Below are positions 59,034 to 64,000 of a stretch of 64,000 bases of DNA, one piece after another (positions within the stretch are counted from its first letter, which is position 1; the number at the start of each line of letters is the position of its first letter). The notes beneath the pieces were generated by a model. It was not told the DNA's origin, ran no database searches, and worked only from the letters and a program-made list of their open reading frames with translations. The translations under genes and the position numbers were made by a program. This DNA comes from an uncultured delta proteobacterium. Lineage in GTDB: Bacteria > Desulfobacterota > Binatia > Binatales > Binataceae. The stretch is taken from contig CAWJET010000001.1 in assembly GCA_963842085.1 (NCBI GenBank), positions 736,001 through 800,000 on the forward strand. The letters are read 5' to 3'.

Positions 59034-60569
59034 TCAGGTTTCTCTCCATTTGCGGCCGTCGCGTTGGAGCAACTCGTCCGCTGTGCGCGGCCCCCACGAC
59101 CCGGCTGCATAGTCGGGGAAGTCGTTGGCTGGACTGGCTTTCCATGCGGCCAGGATCGGATCGACCACGCGCCATCCGGCGTCCACGGTGTCGGCGCGCT
59201 GGAACAGAGTAGGGTCGCCGATCATGCAATCCAGCAGCAGCGTCTCGTAGCCGATGCTCGGCGCCGCGCCGAAGTAGTCGGCGTATTTGAAATTCATATC
59301 GACGCCGCCCAGCCTGACCACCGGTCCGGGAATCTTGGCGCTGAAGCTTAGCGAGATGCCCTCGTTCGGCTGAATGTGCAACACCAACTCATTCTGCTCG
59401 AGGCGCCTGACGCCAGTCTGCCGGAAGAGCAACGCCGGCGGCGCCTTGAACTTGATCGCGATTTCCGTAACGCGCTTCGCCATCCGCTTTCCCGTGCGCA
59501 GGTAGAAGGGCACGCCGGCCCACCGCCAGTTGTCGATCGCGAGCTTCATCGCCACGTAACTCTCGGTACCGGACTTGGGATCGACCTGCGGCTCCAAGCG
59601 ATAGCCCGCTACTTGCTTGCCGTCCAGGGTGCCGGGTCCATACTGGCCCCGCACCGCCCATTTTGGAACGTCGTCCGGATTGAGCGGGCGGATTGCGCGC
59701 AGCACCTTGGTCTTCTCGTCGCGCACCGGCTCGGAGTCGAACGAATTGGGCGGTTCCATCGCGGTCAGCGAGACCAGCGCCAGGATGTGATTCGGCACCA
59801 TGTCGCGCAGCGCGCCGGTCGACTCATAAAACGCGCCGCGATGCTCGACGCCGACGGTCTCCGCCACCGTGATTTGCACGTGGTCGATATAACTGTTGTT
59901 CCACAGCGGTTCGAAGATGCCGTTGCCGAAGCGAAACGCCATGATGTTTTGAACGGTTTCTTTGCCGAGATAGTGATCGATTCGAAAGGTCTGATCCTCG
60001 CGGATGCATGCGCCGATCTCGCGATTGAGCGCATTCGCCGATTCCAAATCGTGGCCGAACGGCTTCTCAACGATCACTCTTCGCCAATGCCCGTCGGTTT
60101 CTTTGGTGAGTCCCGCCCTCGCCAGTTGCTTGACGATCTCGCCGAAAAAACTCGGCGATACCGCGGTGTAGAACAGGTAATTTCCCGGCGTCCCATGCGT
60201 CCTGTCTGCCGACTCGAGCTCCGACTTGAGGCTCGTGTAGGTCGCCGGATCCTTGAAGTCGCCCGACATGTAGGAGATGCGCTGGTCGAACCATTTCCAT
60301 AGCTCGGACCTGACCGTGGTTGTCGCGAACTGTTTGATCTCGTCGCCGAGCTGCTTGCGGAAATCTTCGGAGCTCATCTTCACGTTGCTGACGCCGACGA
60401 TGGCGAACCTGTCCGGCAGCAGTTTGTTGGCGAGCAGATTATACAGCGAAGGCATCAATAGCCGCTTGGTCAAGTCGCCGGTCGCGCCGAAGATGACGAA
60501 CACGCATGGATCGCCGGAATGCACGCGAACAGCTTTGTTGGCTGCGTTCTTTGGCGCTGAGGTCGCCAT
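59034..60569 (-). CDS. zwf: Glucose-6-phosphate dehydrogenase
   Basis: [33 protein letters not shown]. Confidence 0.96.
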   Translation of the reverse strand: MATSAPKNAANKAVRVHSGDPCVFVIFGATGDLTKRLLMPSLYNLLANKLLPDRFAIVGVSNVKMSSEDFRKQLGDEIKQFATTTVRSELWKWFDQRISYMSGDFKDPATYTSLKSELESADRTHGTPGNYLFYTAVSPSFFGEIVKQLARAGLTKETDGHWRRVIVEKPFGHDLESANALNREIGACIREDQTFRIDHYLGKETVQNIMAFRFGNGIFEPLWNNSYIDHVQITVAETVGVEHRGAFYESTGALRDMVPNHILALVSLTAMEPPNSFDSEPVRDEKTKVLRAIRPLNPDDVPKWAVRGQYGPGTLDGKQVAGYRLEPQVDPKSGTESYVAMKLAIDNWRWAGVPFYLRTGKRMAKRVTEIAIKFKAPPALLFRQTGVRRLEQNELVLHIQPNEGISLSFSAKIPGPVVRLGGVDMNFKYADYFGAAPSIGYETLLLDCMIGDPTLFQRADTVDAGWRVVDPILAAWKASPANDFPDYAAGSWGPRTADELLQRDGRKWRET

Positions 60570-60581
60570 CGGAACTACCTG

Positions 60582-61601
60582 CTAGGCTTTCTTCTCCACG
60601 TGTCCGCCGAATTCGTAGCGCATCGCCGACAGCAGCTTGTCGGCGAAGTCAGCCGCACCGCGCGAGCCGAAGCGCTCGTAGAGCGCGGCGGTGAGCACGT
60701 GCGCCGGGACGCCCTCGTCAATCGCCGCGTCGATCGTCCAGCGGCCTTCGCCCGAGTCCGATACGCGCCCCGCAAATTTCTTCAACTCCGGATCGCCCAG
60801 GAGAGCGTCGGCGGTCAGGTCCAGCAGCCACGACGCGATCACGCTGCCGCGCCGCCATACCTCGGCGATGTCGGTTAGATTGAAGTCGTACTGGTACAGT
60901 TTTGGATTGCGCAGCGGCGTGGTCTCCGCGTCGACCGCGTGGGTCTGTTTGCCGACGTTGGCGTTTTTCAGAATGTTCATCCCCTCCGCATACGCCGCCA
61001 TGATTCCGTACTCGATCCCGTTGTGAACCATTTTCACGAAGTGGCCCGCGCCGTTCGGTCCGCAATGCAGATAGCCGTGCTCGGCGGTGCTGCCCTTCAC
61101 CTTCTCGCGGCCGGGAGTGCGCGGCGCGGAATCGATCGGTGGCGCGAGCGTCGCAAAAATCGAGTCGAGATGCTTGACGACTTGCGGCTCGCCGCCGATC
61201 ATCTGGCAAAATCCACGCTCGAGTCCGAAAACGCCGCCGCTGGTCCCCGAATCGACGTAGTGAATCCCCTTCGACGCGAGGGACTCGGCGCGGCGGATGT
61301 CGTCGATGTAATACGAGTTGCCGCCGTCAACGATGATGTCGCCGCGCTGGAACCGGCTCGATAGGTCGGCGACCGTCTGCTCGACAACGGCCGCCGGCAC
61401 CATCATCCATGCCACTCGCGGCAGTTTGAGCTTGGCGGCAAAGTCGTCGAGACTCGACGCACCGATGACGCCCTTCTCCTTGGCCAATTCCTGGACCGCG
61501 GCGGCGCTCACGTCAAACACGACGCATTCGTGACCGGCATGGATCAGGCGCCGCACCATATTCGCACCCATTCGGCCGAGGCCGACCATTCCCATTTGCA
61601 T
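60582..61601 (-). CDS. gnd: Decarboxylating 6-phosphogluconate dehydrogenase (short type)
   Basis: GLGRMG, DGGNS, GHFVKMVHNGIEYG, DSGEGRW, FGGHVE. Confidence 0.95.
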   Translation of the reverse strand: MQMGMVGLGRMGANMVRRLIHAGHECVVFDVSAAAVQELAKEKGVIGASSLDDFAAKLKLPRVAWMMVPAAVVEQTVADLSSRFQRGDIIVDGGNSYYIDDIRRAESLASKGIHYVDSGTSGGVFGLERGFCQMIGGEPQVVKHLDSIFATLAPPIDSAPRTPGREKVKGSTAEHGYLHCGPNGAGHFVKMVHNGIEYGIMAAYAEGMNILKNANVGKQTHAVDAETTPLRNPKLYQYDFNLTDIAEVWRRGSVIASWLLDLTADALLGDPELKKFAGRVSDSGEGRWTIDAAIDEGVPAHVLTAALYERFGSRGAADFADKLLSAMRYEFGGHVEKKA

Positions 61602-61730
61602 TTTGTTTAGCTCCTTGTCGAAGCGGATCTGTATTGAAACAGTATATCGCATCGCGGATGTTATGACTTCCGCACTCAAATGGTAATCGTGTGATAGGTT
61701 TCATGTAACCGACCAGGAGGAACGCTCACT

Positions 61731-62666
61731 ATGCCCGACAAGAAACCGTGGACCGCTGATGACATACCGGATCTTTCCGGCAAGACGATCGTTGTGACCG
61801 GCGGCAACAGCGGCATCGGCTATGAAGCCGCGCTGGCGTTCGCGCGCAAGCGGGCCGACGTCACCCTGGCCTGCCGCGACCTGGGCAAGGCTCGCACGGC
61901 AGCTGCTCAGATCACCGCGTCAGCGCCGGGAGCCAAGGTCGCGGTGATGGAGCTTGATCTCTCGAACCTCGCGTCGGTGCGCGGCTTCGCCGACGCCTTC
62001 CATTTGGAGCATCCCGCGCTGCATGTGCTGTGCAACAACGCCGGCGTCATGGCGATTCCGTATCGGCAAACTGCCGACGGCTTCGAGATGCAGTTCGGCA
62101 CCAATCACCTCGGGCATTTCGCGCTGACCGGCCTGCTGCTCGATCGATTGCTGGCCACCGATGGTGCGCGAGTGGTCAACGTGAGCAGCGGCGCGCATCG
62201 CATGGGCACAATTCGTTTCGACGATCTGCAATGGCACAACGGCTACCGCAAGTGGATGGCTTACGGGCAGAGCAAACTCGCCAACCTGCTGTTCACCCTT
62301 GAGTTACAGCGCAAAGTGGATGCAGCCGGCAAGAAATTGTTATGTGTCGCATGCCATCCCGGATATGCGGCGACCAATCTGCAAGCCGCGGGACCCCGGA
62401 TGTCCGGATCGTCGATGCTCGAATCTATCTTCTCAGTCGCCAACAGCCTGCTGGCGCAAAGCGCTGCGATGGGCGCGCTGCCGACCGAGTACGCGGCCGT
62501 CGCGCCCGATGTCCATGGCGGAGACTACATCGGTCCTGACGGAATCGCCGAGCTGTGGGGGAATCCCGTCAAGGTCAGTTGCAGTGCTGCTGCGCAGGAC
62601 GCCGCGGTCGCCGCCCGGCTCTGGCAAGTGTCAGAGCAACTCACCAGCGTGCACTACGCATTCTGA
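61731..62666 (+). CDS. Short-chain dehydrogenase/reductase
   Basis: TGGNSGIG, NNAG, QFGTNHLGHF, YGQSK. Confidence 0.92.
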   Translation: MPDKKPWTADDIPDLSGKTIVVTGGNSGIGYEAALAFARKRADVTLACRDLGKARTAAAQITASAPGAKVAVMELDLSNLASVRGFADAFHLEHPALHVLCNNAGVMAIPYRQTADGFEMQFGTNHLGHFALTGLLLDRLLATDGARVVNVSSGAHRMGTIRFDDLQWHNGYRKWMAYGQSKLANLLFTLELQRKVDAAGKKLLCVACHPGYAATNLQAAGPRMSGSSMLESIFSVANSLLAQSAAMGALPTEYAAVAPDVHGGDYIGPDGIAELWGNPVKVSCSAAAQDAAVAARLWQVSEQLTSVHYAF

Positions 62667-62690
62667 GCAGGTGACCCGCGCCGACTCGAC

Positions 62691-63575
62691 CTAAGACGTG
62701 CGGGCGATCACGAACTTCCCGATCTTGTCGATCGCCTGCTGTCCTTCGGGCAGCAACTTCGCAAACACGTGCCAGACGTGAGGCATCTCGTCCCAGACCT
62801 CGAGTTCGACTTGCACGCCGGCTGCTTTTGCGCGCGCGGCGACCCGCGTCGCGTCATCGAGCAGGATTTCCGCGTCGCCGACGTGGATTAAAATCGGCGG
62901 CAGACCGCGAAAATCCGCGTGCAGCGGCGATATCAGCGGATGCTTCGGATCGTGCGCGCCGTAGTACTGCTTCGCCGACTGCGCGAGATTGTCCTGCGTC
63001 ACCATCACGTCTTTGGTGGCTCTGGTACGCACCGACTCTCCCGTGCCTTCCAGGTCCGTCCAGGGCGAAATCGGAACGGCGCCAGCCGGTATCGGCAGCC
63101 CCGCGTCGCGAATCGCCACCAACGCCGCCAGCGTGAGTCCGCCGCCCGCGGAATCGCCGGCAATGACAATCCTGTCCGGCTTGTAGCCTTGCGCGAGCAG
63201 CCAGCGGTACGCGGCGAGCGCGTCATCGACCGCGGCGGGAAACGGATGCTCAGGCGCGAGCCGGTAGTCTATCGCCAGCGCCCGCGCATTGGAGGCTCGC
63301 GCGATTCTCGAAATCATTGCGCGATGCGTATTGATCGAGCCGAGCACGTAGCCGCCGCCGTGCAGGTACAGAATCACTCGATCGGCCGTCGCGCCGGGCG
63401 CCGCGATCCATTCGGCGTTGACGCCGCCCGCATTGACCTTCTCGCAAATCACGTCGGCCGGGACACGCTCGCTGATTTTCTCCATCCCGGAGCGCCGCTG
63501 CTCGAGCGACGCATTCGGATTCTGCGGCTGCGACTTGATTCGCTCGACTACCTTGCCCAGTTGTTCGCTCGCCAT
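62691..63575 (-). CDS. Alpha/beta hydrolase (HSL-type esterase)
   Basis: HGGGY, YRLAPEH, GDSAGG, HVW. Confidence 0.93.
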   Translation of the reverse strand: MASEQLGKVVERIKSQPQNPNASLEQRRSGMEKISERVPADVICEKVNAGGVNAEWIAAPGATADRVILYLHGGGYVLGSINTHRAMISRIARASNARALAIDYRLAPEHPFPAAVDDALAAYRWLLAQGYKPDRIVIAGDSAGGGLTLAALVAIRDAGLPIPAGAVPISPWTDLEGTGESVRTRATKDVMVTQDNLAQSAKQYYGAHDPKHPLISPLHADFRGLPPILIHVGDAEILLDDATRVAARAKAAGVQVELEVWDEMPHVWHVFAKLLPEGQQAIDKIGKFVIARTS

Positions 63576-63786
63576 TTTCCCTCCGTATCCATGCAATGGG
63601 TTACTGCGAGGGCTATATCACGAAATAGCGGGGAATTGTCTGCGCGCGGAGTTCTTGCAGTCGCTCGAACCGATTGCGCGGTTTGCCGACCGCAACCCAA
63701 AAAAGCGGAAGGGCCCGCTGTGCGGGTCGCACAACAGGCCCACCACCTACACGTTGAGATTTCGCACCGCGTCGATGCAGCAAGAA

Positions 63787-64000
63787 TTACGGAGGGGTGA
63801 CGAATATGCAGCCCGAATCGTTCAGCGGAAGGTCGAACGTTCCGTTCGCAGTAAAATCAGTCTTCTGGCAATGAGTGAAATCGTAGGTCCCGACGATATC
63901 GTCGTCGCTGCCAAAGGTGCCGATAATTTTCACCCTGCACTTGCCGCCGGCTTTGCCTTTCACGCTAAATCCGGTCGCACTCGCCTTTCCCTTGAAAGTG
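63787..64000 (-). CDS. Partial hypothetical protein (3' end)
   Basis: Open frame from the window edge: TFKGKASATGFSVKG...GCIFVTPP*. Confidence 0.5.
   Translation of the reverse strand, partial: TFKGKASATGFSVKGKAGGKCRVKIIGTFGSDDDIVGTYDFTHCQKTDFTANGTFDLPLNDSGCIFVTPP

Noticed and set aside
57139-61601. pdaD and the gnd-zwf-fba cluster as novelties
   Set aside because: Both are known, widespread arrangements in bacteria.
23818-63800. Long opposite-strand ORFs such as 23818..25041, 25521..26993, 35893..37155, 41109..42689, 49630..50757, 55771..57063
   Set aside because: Typical high-GC antisense shadows of well-supported genes, with no recognisable motifs.

Overview
GC-rich bacterial chromosomal window; gene style suggests a soil organism such as Ca. 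Binatia (inference only). (1) 1-12.3 kb is the right end of a genomic island integrated at tRNA-Ser(GCT). It holds an IS3-family element between two truncated genes (phosphoketolase and a HEPN-like fragment), a sensor-less sigma54 activator divergent from a CGNR zinc-finger gene, cargo genes, and an excisionase-integrase pair preceded by a consensus-like sigma54 promoter and a palindromic enhancer-like site. A second, orphan copy of this enhancer/promoter module and a diverged duplicate of the CGNR 3' end are also present. (2) 12.7-19.8 kb has two tandem genes split in the ORF track by in-frame TGA codons followed by SECIS-like hairpins: a PrdB/GrdB-like selenoprotein with U-x-x-D and a Sec-rhodanese. 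They sit beside a sulfur-handling cluster (Tat-exported sulfite oxidase, two cytochromes c, YeiH, ArsR, persulfide dioxygenase-rhodanese, YeeE remnant). (3) The rest is ordinary metabolic chromosome: porin plus RND efflux, bamD, trmB, hpa-type aromatic catabolism, amidohydrolases, ABC permeases, pdaD and gnd-zwf-fba. All product calls come from motif recognition by eye; no database searches were run.
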